A stretch of DNA of 64,000 bases from an uncultured Methanosarcinaceae archaeon (GCA_963833425.1 CAWHXP010000013.1:32001-96000), one strand, 5' to 3'; shown: positions 36,727-48,798, counted from the first letter of the stretch. Translations and numbers: made by a program. The notes: generated from the sequence alone by a model not told the origin.

Positions 36727-37681
36727 ATAGAAAAGGGATTATAGAATCTGGAAACATGAAAGTGGAATAGTCAAGAAATCATATGCCAGTGCTTGCTACT
36801 GTAAGGGAGATATTTGAGAAAGAGAAAACCTAAAAGGGTTGAAGGTGGGGATGGCCCGTCACGAAAAAGCGAAAACTGCAGTCTTTGCAGAAACCCTAGC
36901 TTCAGTCGTTGCAAAGATATACGTCACTGATTGCAAATCCTTTAGAAATGCCTATAATTGCAGTAAATGACGCCATACTAATATCTTTTCGACAATCGAT
37001 GTGGTACAGGAAGTCAACTTGGGAAGTAATTAACGGACCACGAATCTCTTGGTTGCAGGCAAAAACGTTGTATAGTAGGTTATTGTTAGTGCAGGCATGG
37101 GGTTGCAATGCTAGCTGCAGGCCTCGGAGTAAATGTAATAGTTACTGAAATAGACCATATAAGAGCTTTAGAAACCAGAATGGATGATACAGTGTACGAA
37201 AATGGTAGAAGCCACAAAATTAGATGATATCTTTGTTACTACCACCGGAAACCGCGATATCCTCACAACTGAATATTTCCAGATTATAAAGGAGGTAACA
37301 ATTCTTACAACTCCGGACGCTTCAATGTGGAAATAGGTTTAGAAGCTCTCGCTTCTCTTTAAAAGTCAGTTCGAACCATCAGGCAAAATATTAAGGAACA
37401 TATGTCAATAACCGATGTATCAATGTTATATCTGAAGGAAGACAGTTAATTTGGCTGCAGGTGATGGACACCCTACCGAGTTTACGGATATGAGATTTAC
37501 AAATCAAGCTCTATGTGTACGCTATATTGCTGAAAACAAACTCCACAACTGAGTACTCAAAGTGCCTCATGTACTAGATATGTAAGTAGCAAAGATCAAA
37601 CTTGCATCCATGGTCATAATAATTGATGAACTTACAGCAGTATATGAATTTTATTTGAGCAGCTGGGAGTGTGGGACATAA
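36727..37681 (+). pseudogene. ahcY: Adenosylhomocysteinase / inosylhomocysteinase pseudogene
   Basis: ESGNMK..RNHMPVL, GLKVGMA..AKTAV, MPIIAVNDA, TNLLVAGKNV, VTEID.IRALE, IFVTTTGNRDIL, LAAGDGHP, NQALCVRYIAE, SWECGT*. Multiple stops and frameshifts plus a large internal deletion near 36900. Confidence 0.93.
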
Positions 37682-38038
37682 TTTAGAAACAAAAAAGTAT
37701 AAAATATTTTTAGTAATTTTCCGGTGCATTTTATGCAGTAAGTATGAATACATTTCTACTCTGGAAACGTGAAAATGTATGATGGACTTCAATTAAAACA
37801 AAGAAAATTATTCAGCCTATGCAAAACATTATCAATCGTTATCTTTATTAAGAGTGAATTGGCAAATTTAAGTGAGCTTATTTTCTTTAATTGTTGGTTG
37901 ATGATCATATCATATCTTTTACATTAAAACAATGTCAATAGATCTATTTTAAGTAAGCTAAATAATTACGGACAAAGTAAAATAAGATCTCAAAATACTC
38001 TAAAAAAGCATGTTAACTTCAAAAAAAAGTTGATCCAA

Positions 38039-39235
38039 ATGACTCGAAATATTAAAGTGGAAGAGCTCTTTCAAACCCCGATCGAGAAACAACGAATAGA
38101 GCTTGTAGAACGCAAAGGTATCGGGCATCCTGATAGCATATCAGACGGATTGGCAGAAGCCGTAAGCCGCGCACTATGCCGAGAATACAGCAGCAAATGT
38201 GGGACTGTACTCCACCACAACACCGATGAAACGCAGATTGTAGCTGGAAGGTCATGTCCCAGATTCGGGGGCGGAGAAGTACTGCAACCGATTTATATTC
38301 TACTTGTGGGTAGAGCCACAAAAGAGTTTGAAGGTGTCGAACTTGCTACTGAGTCTGTAGCCATTCAAGCTGCGAGGAGATACCTTAAGAACACTCTTGT
38401 GAATATTGATCTTGAGAGGGACATAATAATGGACTGCAAACTCGGAACAGGGTCCTCAGACCTGATGGATGTATTCAAGAGAGACAGAGTTCCGCTTGCA
38501 AATGACACTTCTTTCGGTGTTGGACATGCTCCGTTTTCTGAGCTTGAACATCTTGTATACAATACAGAAAGGCAACTTCTCACAGACCTGAAATCTAGCA
38601 TTCCTGGAATCGGAGAGGATATGAAGATCATGGGACTTCGGGATGGAGAGGACATAACACTTACAATAGCCAGTGGCATGATTGGGAAATATATTGACGA
38701 TTTAAATGGTTATATAAACATGACTGAAGAGATGAAATGTTATGTAGAAGAGCTTGCAGCTCACTATACTGAACGCAACGTGAAAGTTTACATTAACACC
38801 GCAGACGATTTGAAAAAAGGCAGCGTTTTCCTGACAGTCACTGGAACTTCAGCTGAGATGGGAGATGATGGTTCAGTGGGGCGTGGAAACCGTTGTAATG
38901 GGTTGATTACACCAAATAGACCTATGAGTATGGAAGCAACAAGCGGAAAGAATCCTATCAACCATATAGGGAAAATCTACAACCTTCTATCGACTCAGAT
39001 ATCTCGTGATATTGTAAAAAAAGTCTCAGACGTACAGGAAGTATATGTTAAACTGCTTTCTCAGATAGGAAAACCCATTGATAAGCCACTTGTGGCAAGC
39101 GCTCAGATTATTCCCAAAGAGGGTACATCTTTTGAAAAGGTTAAAGCTGAAACCGAAGTTGTAATTGATGATTGGTTTTCCAACGTGACAAAGATTACCG
39201 AAATGGTGATTAAAGGCGATTTGAATACTTTCTAA
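38039..39235 (+). CDS. mat: Archaeal S-adenosylmethionine synthetase
   Basis: [47 protein letters not shown]. Confidence 0.97.
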   Translation: MTRNIKVEELFQTPIEKQRIELVERKGIGHPDSISDGLAEAVSRALCREYSSKCGTVLHHNTDETQIVAGRSCPRFGGGEVLQPIYILLVGRATKEFEGVELATESVAIQAARRYLKNTLVNIDLERDIIMDCKLGTGSSDLMDVFKRDRVPLANDTSFGVGHAPFSELEHLVYNTERQLLTDLKSSIPGIGEDMKIMGLRDGEDITLTIASGMIGKYIDDLNGYINMTEEMKCYVEELAAHYTERNVKVYINTADDLKKGSVFLTVTGTSAEMGDDGSVGRGNRCNGLITPNRPMSMEATSGKNPINHIGKIYNLLSTQISRDIVKKVSDVQEVYVKLLSQIGKPIDKPLVASAQIIPKEGTSFEKVKAETEVVIDDWFSNVTKITEMVIKGDLNTF

Positions 39236-39289
39236 ACAAGACAAATTATTGTAGAGAAAAACTTTCGAGTTCTTTTCTTATGGAGCTTT

Positions 39290-40561
39290 ATGTTTACGAT
39301 AATCACAGGTGCGCAATTTGGTGACGAGGGAAAAGGCAAGATTGTAGATATGATTGCAAAAGATTATGACATTGTTGCCCGTTTTCAGGGAGGAAATAAT
39401 GCAGGTCATACGGTCAAGGTAGGAGACAATATCTACAAATTGCATCTAATCCCTTCTGGTATTCTGCTTAATGCCAGAGTTCTTATTGGGCCTGGAGTTG
39501 CCCTGAACCCGGAGATCCTAGCCGAAGAAATCATGATGTTTGAGAAGCATGGCATAAAGGTAGATACTAGAAAACTCGGCATAGATGCGAAAACAAGTGT
39601 AATTATGCCCTATCATATTGAAATGGATAGGCTAAGAGAAGCATCTAGGGAACAAAAAATAGGAACTACAAAACGTGGAATCGGCTATGCATACATAGAT
39701 AAAGTATCGCGGGACGAGATCCGCATGGCTGAGCTTATAAACAATAAACGTTTTTTAAAGAGACTTCAGGAACTTGCCCCTCAAAAGGAAAGAGAAATCG
39801 CAGCAATGGGAGGAGATCCGAAGATAGTAATGGACCCTACTCTAATAGAAAGATATATCGAACTTGGTAAGCAGTTTACAATTTATATTACTGATGTTTC
39901 CATGGAAATAAACGAAGCTCTTGACGAAGGAAAACATGTAATGGCTGAAGCTGCTCAGGGCACTCATTTAGATATCATACATGGAACCCAAAAATTCGTA
40001 ACATCTTCCTCTACAATCGCGGGCTCTGCCTGTGTCAACCTTGGAGTAGGTCCTACAAGAGTGGACAACGTGATAGCTATAGTGAAAGCTTATATTACAA
40101 GAGTAGGGGAAGGCCCATTACCTACAGAGCTTACAGGGGAACTGGGTGAAAAGATACAAAAAGCTGGGCACGAATTCGGAACCACTACCGGCAGAAGCAG
40201 AAGATGTGGATGGTTTGATCTACCCCTTATGAAAAAATCAATTGCTCTTAATGGATATACGGAAATTTCTCTAACCAAATTGGATGTATTGACAGGCATT
40301 AACCCGATTAGGATCTGTGTTTGCTACAATTACAAGGGAGAAAATGTGGATTACCCTCTTGAACTCACAGATGATCTATTGGAATGTAAGCCTGTCTACG
40401 AAGACCTCCCTGGCTGGGAAAAAGACCTTACTGTGATAAAAACTTTTAATGAACTTCCGGAAAATGCCAGAAGTTATGTCAAAAGATTAGAAGAATTAAT
40501 GAAGGTATCTATCAATTATATTTCAGTAGGTCCGGACAGAGCACAAACCTTTAGAAAATAA
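39290..40561 (+). CDS. purA: Adenylosuccinate synthetase
   Basis: QFGDEGKGK, GGNNAGHT, GTTTGRSRRCGWFD, TKLD. Confidence 0.98.
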   Translation: MFTIITGAQFGDEGKGKIVDMIAKDYDIVARFQGGNNAGHTVKVGDNIYKLHLIPSGILLNARVLIGPGVALNPEILAEEIMMFEKHGIKVDTRKLGIDAKTSVIMPYHIEMDRLREASREQKIGTTKRGIGYAYIDKVSRDEIRMAELINNKRFLKRLQELAPQKEREIAAMGGDPKIVMDPTLIERYIELGKQFTIYITDVSMEINEALDEGKHVMAEAAQGTHLDIIHGTQKFVTSSSTIAGSACVNLGVGPTRVDNVIAIVKAYITRVGEGPLPTELTGELGEKIQKAGHEFGTTTGRSRRCGWFDLPLMKKSIALNGYTEISLTKLDVLTGINPIRICVCYNYKGENVDYPLELTDDLLECKPVYEDLPGWEKDLTVIKTFNELPENARSYVKRLEELMKVSINYISVGPDRAQTFRK

Positions 40562-41052
40562 TATTTTATTGGACTTATGCGGCCGAGCTTAGAAATCAAT
40601 AACATTAAACATTTAGCTGTATAAAACATAAATTTGACCATAATGTATGAGAAGTATTATGTTGTTCCTTAAGTGGGCAACCCTATCAAATTTTGATCAC
40701 TTAAAACAGCATTCAGTAGAATATTTTGCTCATAGAGAAGCATAAATATTCGGTATAAATAAAGATTGATGAATTTGTACCGATTTCTTTTGATTTACAA
40801 AAAAATACTTTGGTCCTTGCAGTTATAGGATTCATAATATCAAGGGCAAGTAAATTAAATGAAAGAAAATTCATTTTATTCGGTTAAGAACCAATCTTTA
40901 AGGAATATATTACTTTTGATGCATTTTCTGTAAACCTATAAATGCAAATCGCAATAAGTGGATAAGTGCAATAGTCATTTTAAAATTAATAGATTCCTCA
41001 ACCGGATACAAATGAATTCAGAAAAATAGACCCACGGAACAGAGGAAACTAC

Positions 41053-41964
41053 ATGGACCGAGTAATTTCTATAGTTGGGCACACTGCCCTTGATTACATC
41101 GTAAATGTTGAAAAAATAGCAGGGAAAAACGAATCTTCTCCTATCATTGATTACGAAGAATACCCAGGTGGAGGAGCCGCCAACATTGCAGTTGCCATCG
41201 AAAGACTGGGAGGAAAAAGCCAGTTAATTTCTCCTGTAGGTGTGGATTTTGCAAGTTCAGGATACGAAAAACTTTTTATAGAGTCCCACGTAGACCTCTC
41301 CTGCCTCTATAGGCTTGAAGACCAGAAAATTTCCAAGGCGTTCATTTTTACGGATAAAGATAACAACCAAACAACCTATTTTTACTGGGGAGCTTCTTCA
41401 AAATTCAAAGAACTGGAACCAAAACCTGTGGATTTTGTCCATTTAGCAACTGCAGATCCCGTATACAACGCAAAAATCGCACAAATAGCTGATTTCGTAT
41501 CCTTTGATCCGGGCCAGGACCTTGTTACATATTCAAAAGAGAAACTTGACATCATTCTTGCTTACACTAATATCCTCTTTGCTAACCGACACGAAATCAA
41601 GCGGGTCTTGGAGATCACCGGAAAAAGCTTTTCTGAACTCAAAACCAGAATCGACATCATCGTAGTTACATGCGATACAAAGGGTAGCAGAATCTACATG
41701 TGTGAAGAAGAATTCTCAATTCCAGTGATTTCTGTTGAAGCCGTGGACCCGACAGGGGCAGGAGACGCTTACAGAGCAGGATTTTTGCTAGCTTTTACTA
41801 GAGGATACTCTTTGTCCATATGCGGAAAAGTTGGGTCAACTGTAGCTTCTTTTGTCGTACAGACACGGGGCTGCCAGACGGGACTTCCAACATGGGACGA
41901 AATGAAAAGCCGTTACGAAGCCAATTTTGGAAAGCTTGAGAAGGGGACTGAGGTTTCAAATTAG
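41053..41964 (+). CDS. PfkB-family carbohydrate/nucleoside kinase
   Basis: GGGAANIA, FDPGQ, DPTGAGDAY. Confidence 0.92.
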   Translation: MDRVISIVGHTALDYIVNVEKIAGKNESSPIIDYEEYPGGGAANIAVAIERLGGKSQLISPVGVDFASSGYEKLFIESHVDLSCLYRLEDQKISKAFIFTDKDNNQTTYFYWGASSKFKELEPKPVDFVHLATADPVYNAKIAQIADFVSFDPGQDLVTYSKEKLDIILAYTNILFANRHEIKRVLEITGKSFSELKTRIDIIVVTCDTKGSRIYMCEEEFSIPVISVEAVDPTGAGDAYRAGFLLAFTRGYSLSICGKVGSTVASFVVQTRGCQTGLPTWDEMKSRYEANFGKLEKGTEVSN

Positions 41965-42120
41965 GAGTTCACAGCTGAAAAAAATACAAAGTATATAGTA
42001 CATCATCTGTACTCAATTAAGGAATCTGGTACCTTTAAAATAGCTACTTAAATAATCCATTCATTTCGATTTACATTTTAGAGGTTTACAAAAAACATAG
42101 CAAAAGTGACACATTTATTA

Positions 42121-42212
42121 TATAAGATTTCAATAAGCTCCTAAATTTTGTCATATGCTTATAAATGACATATAAATGCTTCGTGGAATCAGAAGTTTAT
42201 CGAAATACTTCA
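42121..42212. repeat. MITE family A copy
   Basis: AGATTTCAATAAGC...AGTTTATCGAAATAC; internal CATATGCTTATAAA shared with the 8537 copy. Confidence 0.7.
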
Positions 42213-43469
42213 CAGAATGTAACTTAACCAAATACAAATGCATCAAATAATCATAAGTCATCGATTATATCATTCTCCACCTACTTTTGAAAACTTTCTT
42301 CAGAAAATATTTGCTAAATAATGTTTGAGAAAAAAAGCTAAGAGGCGGATCTGAGAATATGTGAAGTTAAATTGATCATTTCATCATCTTTTGGATTTTA
42401 ATTCCTAGTTTTCATGTACACTCAAGCATACGCTTGTAATTTAAAAAGAAAAGATGAAAAATGCAAATGACACCGTAAGCAACAGTGCTGATGTTACCAT
42501 TTAACTTAATAATTTATTGAATTTCTTCATCAATGTGTTACCCATTTCATAGAAAAATTTACAAAAAACCGGCAAAAAACAATAATAAATATAATTATAT
42601 ATTAAAGGTTTTGCGACACCCTTAATGAGAAGACCTTAAATAGAGTCGCATGTGGCTCGCATTGCAGCTCATGAGATTAACTTTTTGACATCTTTGAATT
42701 AACGCTATTATTTCTTTGCAATCCTATCAAAGTTGAAATAAACACAATTCTTAGCTGAATATTCGATTTTAGACCATCTTATGAATTTGGATTCCATTAT
42801 CACGAAAAAAATGAATATCCATAATAATGCTACTGTCGCTTTTTAGAAATATATAAACAAAAATGCTGTCTTTTTAGATATTTCTCGGTATTATTTTCAT
42901 AATCTTTCCGGTGAGAACAGTTAACAATAATAGCAATTGTGCCCACTGTAACAAGCAGAGATTACAGGGTTAAAATGCGATAGTGTAACAGGAATTATGC
43001 CTGCTAAAATAGGTCTTCTTGGATCTGTTACAGGTTCATTATTGATTTAATCGCATTTATTACAATTTTAAATCTATCCGGATTGAAAAACTAGTAAAAA
43101 AGAAGAGGAGCATCTATAAATAAAAAATAGTTTAATGGATATCTAGCTCCACAAAATAGAAGAATAATTGGCAAATTCTTTATGACAATACTATTATTTA
43201 TGAACAATATATATGTACATATGTAAATAAATAATAATATTTCTGATTGATAGATATGCGCATCATTTTTTAATTTTCAAGTTGGCCTTATTGAGGAGTA
43301 TTACCATATTTAAAAAGGAAAAAAGTTATGATAATTAAACAAAAGTTGTGTAAAATAACCTTAATTTCAACAGCTATAATTTTAATCTTGGTGAATATTG
43401 CAAATTGAGGACCATATACATATATTACGAACTCTGGCAGCAATCTTATTTAATTTAGAGCCTATCTTT

Positions 43470-43780
43470 GATTCGGCTATTTGTTGAATAGGACACTAGA
43501 AATTCATAACTACCTCCAGAATCAAAGTTGTTGACAGCGAGTTTTCAAATATCCTATTCTAACCTGTAAGAATTAATGGACCTATTTTTATTGTTTCATT
43601 AGGAAACAGTTTCTGTCACTTTTGCACCTTTAAAGTATTCAAAAATCTCGATATAATCATTATTTACTTCGGGAATATCATTTCAAAAGAGTAAATTGTA
43701 GACCGATTTTTACATGACTTTTGGATTTGATCTGCCCATGTTTCATGGACTACACTATACTGCTAGGCTATTTCCATCAA
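43470..43780 (-). pseudogene. C-terminal fragment of an oligosaccharyltransferase (AglB-like)
   Basis: Minus strand reads DIPEVNNDYIEIFEYFKGAKVT.TV.PNETIKI..LILTG.NRIFE.S.ST..SGGSYEFLVSYST, matching recalled Methanosarcina AglB C-termini. Confidence 0.65.
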
Positions 43781-44164
43781 AGATATGCAAATTTTACTGC
43801 TTTCTTCTGTAAACCTAAAAATGTAAATCGAGATTAATAGATTATTGCGGCATTCATTTTTATATGAGCAGATTTTTTTAACCGAATAAATTTAGGTTCT
43901 ATGGAATTAATTATTCAATGTTGTTGATTTGTTTCAACCCAACTACAGAAGTCCTATTCCATTTATTTTGTGAAGACACACTAGTATCTATTTAATATGA
44001 AATAACTTTATTTACGCAAACATAGATATATATCTACAAATGTTATTTTTATTAAGCTAACTTTAAAATTTACTGACTGATGAGAAATCAAAAATCGCCA
44101 AATGTCGTAATTTAGCCTATCATTCAGTAAAACTATCACAATAATACTCAAAAGATGGTGCCTT

Positions 44165-46162
44165 ATGGAAATGACGTATAAAGCATTCTTTGTATTAATC
44201 AGCATGATTTTATTATCGACAACTGCACTTGCAACATCTACACCCTTGAAATCTGCTGCACAACCGTATTACATAGATCCACAGCATAATTTGTGGCTCA
44301 AGATCAACATGAATGGCAGCACACAACATTTTAATGTTTACAATGCGTCTGGCTATTCTCCCAATGGAGATACAGTTATGTGGGCATTCGATAACTTTAG
44401 CTCAGGCAAGTTAAATACGTCAAAGTGGACAGCTTACAAAGGAGGAAGCAATGACTCAACATTAGATGTACAGAACGGACATCTGGTGTTGTCAGGCTCT
44501 GGTAACACATCTTCTGCAAATGTTGTGCTGAATAAACAATTCACGAACGGCATTGAATTGGCGGTCAATGAAACAATAACAGGGGGTACTCATGACATGG
44601 GTACATTTTCTGATGCTTCTTTTGGTTCCGGAGCACTAGTAGGTGGTCTCAGAGGGGAAGATTGGTGGCACACAAGCTTCAAAGCTGGTGGAGGATCATT
44701 CCAAAGCCAGGGGATACACAAATCAATGATTTGGGTAAATTCAAATGATTCGAATGTTGTGATGCCCACTCCTGGTATCACGCTAAGTGATTACATCAAA
44801 GGAAATATTTCACATACATTGGCATATAGTTATGACGTTTCTGGTAATGCAAATATGTATATTCTAAATGTAACTCAAAATCGTCTACCCTTATCTATAC
44901 CTGATCCATATGGGTATAACCAGTTCAATCACCCATCTATCTATTTCAATGAGACTGGAGTATTTGGTCACAAATGGTGGATGTTTATTACACCATATGC
45001 ATATTCGAAAGGTACATATGAAAATGCATGTTTGTATTATTCTGATGATGGACTAATTTGGTATGTACCGCCAGGAGTGAAAAATCCCATTGGAACACCA
45101 ATAGAATCTGAATATAAACCAAATGCTTATGGTTGTGATCCTTACGGTTCTGATCCATATGGTTCTGATCCTTATGGTGCTGATCCACATGGTTCTGATC
45201 CATACGGTTCTGATTCTCATCTCATATATAATCCTAATATCGGAAAATTCATGTGCTACTATGTAATTGGGGATGTAATTGGTGATGTAACCGTGGAAGA
45301 CCCAAAAGTTAAAACATATGATGGGATTACTGTTTCACCTGAAATAAATGTCACAGCCCATGGTGTATCACCAGCTGTTCTGTATGATAAAGCCACAAGA
45401 ACGTATTACATGTGGATTGTTGATATCGATCCTCAACCGCATGTAATATACAGATACACATCCACAGATGGTGTACATTTTGGTAATAAGCAAGCTGTGA
45501 GCCAATCGAGCAATTTCCAAACCTGGCATATGAATACTATGAATTATCCCGGAAACTCAACAATATATGCATTATTTACATTGATGACTAATAAAAAGGA
45601 TTTCATCAAAGATTTACATATCGCAACCGCAAATAATTACACCGATAATTTCACAGTTCAAAGTTCACCACTTCTAAAAGTCAAGGATTCGTCATCTGCA
45701 ACACATAAAGAAGTCCTATTATATCGGAGTGCAGGTATATTTAGCGATGATGGAAACATCTTGAAACTCTGGATACCTGCACAAGATACTAATGGAGTCT
45801 GGACTGTATTTTACACACAAGCAATGAAGGAAAATGGTGTCTGGGCAGTCGCAAATTTCACAACTCTGCGTGCACCTCTTATGACAGTCCAAAACACACA
45901 ATATCTCTATACTCCGAAGCATTGGATGCTATCACAAGGCGATTCCCCAAAAAGCCATGGAGTCAAAAGAGAAATCAGTGAAGTTTGGGGATACAAAACA
46001 GGTCACACACCAAAAACAATAGTAAAAAATATGGGAGAATACACTCAAATTGATATTGCACCAATAGATTTACAAAACGTTTCCGATTACCAGGTGATGG
46101 TCCCTTCTAGTATGCTTAACTTGTCATCTCAAAACGATTCTCTGGACATTGAGCGTGCTTAA
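44165..46162 (+). CDS. Secreted/surface protein with beta-propeller glycoside-hydrolase-like domain
   Basis: Signal peptide (ending ...TTALA); HPSI, WMFITPY, EN.CLYYSDDGLIW, SPAV, STDGVHF (Asp-box-like), WHM, LYRS. Confidence 0.8.
   Translation: MEMTYKAFFVLISMILLSTTALATSTPLKSAAQPYYIDPQHNLWLKINMNGSTQHFNVYNASGYSPNGDTVMWAFDNFSSGKLNTSKWTAYKGGSNDSTLDVQNGHLVLSGSGNTSSANVVLNKQFTNGIELAVNETITGGTHDMGTFSDASFGSGALVGGLRGEDWWHTSFKAGGGSFQSQGIHKSMIWVNSNDSNVVMPTPGITLSDYIKGNISHTLAYSYDVSGNANMYILNVTQNRLPLSIPDPYGYNQFNHPSIYFNETGVFGHKWWMFITPYAYSKGTYENACLYYSDDGLIWYVPPGVKNPIGTPIESEYKPNAYGCDPYGSDPYGSDPYGADPHGSDPYGSDSHLIYNPNIGKFMCYYVIGDVIGDVTVEDPKVKTYDGITVSPEINVTAHGVSPAVLYDKATRTYYMWIVDIDPQPHVIYRYTSTDGVHFGNKQAVSQSSNFQTWHMNTMNYPGNSTIYALFTLMTNKKDFIKDLHIATANNYTDNFTVQSSPLLKVKDSSSATHKEVLLYRSAGIFSDDGNILKLWIPAQDTNGVWTVFYTQAMKENGVWAVANFTTLRAPLMTVQNTQYLYTPKHWMLSQGDSPKSHGVKREISEVWGYKTGHTPKTIVKNMGEYTQIDIAPIDLQNVSDYQVMVPSSMLNLSSQNDSLDIERA
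45128..45217 (+). repeat. Six 15-bp coding tandem repeats encoding (Y/H)G(S/C/A)DP
   Basis: YGCDP YGSDP YGSDP YGADP HGSDP YGSDS. Confidence 0.95.
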
Positions 46163-46255
46163 ATTCACAAACAAACATTATTTCAGACAGGGCATTTTGA
46201 TGATCTTACTGCGGACAATGACATTAGGGCTTACAGAGCTTCTTTTGGAAAACTA

Positions 46256-46377
46256 GGTCAACGGCAGTTAAAAAGTCCCCATTTTCGGCAGTCCAACAAT
46301 TCAAAATCTTCAGCATTTGAGAAAAATTTGAGGATTGTATAATGCTGAAAATGGAGGAATGGCTGTTGATACGAGAT
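46256..46377 (+). mobile_element. IS21-family left end and first codons of istA
   Basis: GTCAACGGCAG...AAAAGTCCCCATTTTCGGCAG end repeats, then MLKMEEWLLIRD. Confidence 0.6.
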
Positions 46378-46689
46378 AGAAAGGTTATTCACGATTTTAC
46401 AGAAAATAAGTGCACCGCTGTAAATCGCCGCATCCCAGATTTGCTGTAAAATCTACCATGTATCTCAATTTTCTTTTTTGATTATTATTCTATTTTTCCT
46501 ATGACCCACGTTGGCGCCTTAATTTGATCTGATAGCACCATTTTATTTTTTATCATTCCGTAATTTCAGTAAATGATGTGTTTATTCCAAATTCAGATGA
46601 AAATATCCTACAATTAAGGATTAAACTGAAAAAAATGCATAGATTTTCTGACAAAAAAACTACTTTCTTACATTCGTTAATTCTTATTC

Positions 46690-47420
46690 ATTTTTCTTAA
46701 AATCGTGGATCTCATCGCGAATTTCATTCTATTGTATCCTTTCAGTCAAATTCCTTATCCAATTATCTACAAGGGCTGCTATTAACTGAAATTCAAGAAT
46801 ATCAAGGCTTTCAATTCAAAGTTCTCAGAAATCACGCACTGTTTTCTAAGACCTTCAGGGTAAAACTGGTGTTCTTACATTCATCTTTTTTGTTTTCTTC
46901 GCCATGAAGTTTGATTTAATTTCTCTTAGATATGCCGGAGAATCGTGTTTGAGAGAGTTAAAACGAGTTCATTAACAATCTTTTATAAGGTAACTGCAGT
47001 ATCTATCTCAAAGAAAAAAATTCTCTTCCAAATCTATATTTAAGCTGAAATCAACATTTCCAAATTGTATATCAGAAAAATATTCTCAACAAGTTTTTCA
47101 AGTTATGTTGAGAAAGCATCTGTGTCTCTTTATCTGACTTCTTGTAGCTCCTCATGAATAAAAGCTATAGATATCACTCTGTGTTGAATTTCCCTGATAT
47201 AACCAAAAGATAATTCGTGATAATATGGATAATTTCCTTTTTGCAAAAATGTTCAATATTATCCAGAATTTCGTCTGCCTTTTATGCTTCAAAATATTTT
47301 GGACTGTTGCTTCTATTCGAATAGGGATATTTTGTTATCAAAAATAACTTCAATTTGCTCATTGGCTATTCTTTCTTCTCTATTGGCTAAAATGCTCTTA
47401 TGAGCACTGTTATAAGACCC
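46690..47420 (-). pseudogene. Sensor histidine kinase (HisKA_2/HATPase) pseudogene
   Basis: REIQHRVISIAFIHEEL, LEKLVEN, SLNIDLEENFF, DTAV, IVNELV.NSLKH, FQLIAALVD; many frameshifts. Confidence 0.8.
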
Positions 47421-47499
47421 TTTTTATAAAGACCTTTCAATGGCATAAGCCATAGCTTTGACTATATAATTTGATGAGGTGAAAAATAATTGAAGGTTA

Positions 47500-48486
47500 A
47501 GATCTGTAGAAACCCTCAATTTGATGCAAATTAGTTCTATAATTTTTTTGTTTATGTTGTATACTATTAATTTAATTTTAATCTCTTTTGTTTGATAACG
47601 GAATTTCCTTACCCATAGTGTTTCTCCTAATTTTCTTTTAACTACGAAAAATATTGTCTCCACAATATTTCTTTGATTATATTTAATTCTGTCAAAGACC
47701 AGGTTCAACTGTTTTCTATATTTACCTCTTATTTTCTTTCTTTTTCTCTCTTACAGGTATAATTGAATCTGCTTTGATTTCTTCTCTAATTATAGAATGT
47801 ATTTTTTCTGAATCGTATCGTTTATCCATTACATAACAATCAGACTTTCTAATCTTATTTGATTGTCTTATCAGAGCATTTGCATGTTTGATTTCATGGT
47901 CTGTTTTTTGACTAATTTCCCATCCCAATATTATCTTTTTACTTGTGCCCACTGACATTGAAATTCTCAGGAAGCTTCCCTGTTCTTCTGGAATAATAAT
48001 AACTTGCATATGAACTCGTAAATCCTGTTGCATCAATCGCTGCAACAGAGACATTTACTCCATATGAGTAAAACAGCTTTAGAATCCTTGACAGAAGAGG
48101 GTTAAACAGAGAGGAAGGAATCCTAGTTACAAACTTTTGTAGGGTAGTGAAATATGGAATCTTTTCAAGAGCAAGTTTTTCTTTTATATCGCTCATAAGG
48201 TCAATAAGTTCTACAAAATCTCGATAGTCTGTACTAATATACTCTTTCAATAAAACCAGTGAAAGAAGCTGATGCTGAGTATAAACGTGTTTTGAATACT
48301 TGCAGGAATAAAGCTTCAGTCTCGAAGACTGAACAGTTTCAAGACTAGTATCAACAAATTTAATGTACTTTTAAACTTCAATATTGAATGTTCCTTCGTT
48401 TTTAGCGAAAAAAATAAGAAGAATATTATAACTGAATAGTTATAATACTGGTGTAAAAGTTCAATTTAGAACATTTCTGCAGAGCC
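47500..48486 (-). mobile_element. IS5-family element, second copy of the 19153-20151 element
   Basis: Near-identical sequence; mutated TIRs; TSD GAAGGTTA/AAAGGTTA; 11-bp and 2-bp deletions. Confidence 0.92.
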
Positions 48487-48798
48487 AAAGGTTAAAAAAT
48501 AAATATTATTGTACAGAGTTGGCTTCTTACTATCAGTAGCAGTTAAATCAGAAAGTGCGAACCATAGGATGGTAAAAGTAGCGCCAATTCTGGCTGCAGC
48601 TTCTACATTTTACCATATATTTCACATCCTTTTTCCAATTTCTGATACATCAACTAAATATCACATTGTTAGTAATTAATTTATAGTTAATTGGAATCAA
48701 AATATACTAAATACATTTCTATATATTTAATAAACGCATATTGAATATTCTGGAAAATATGACAGAAATCTTAAAAATAAATTAGATAGGTATAAAGC

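Noticed and set aside
48548..48616. 22-codon minus-strand ORF MVKCRSC... overlapping an imperfect inverted repeat
   Set aside because: Too short to support without conservation data
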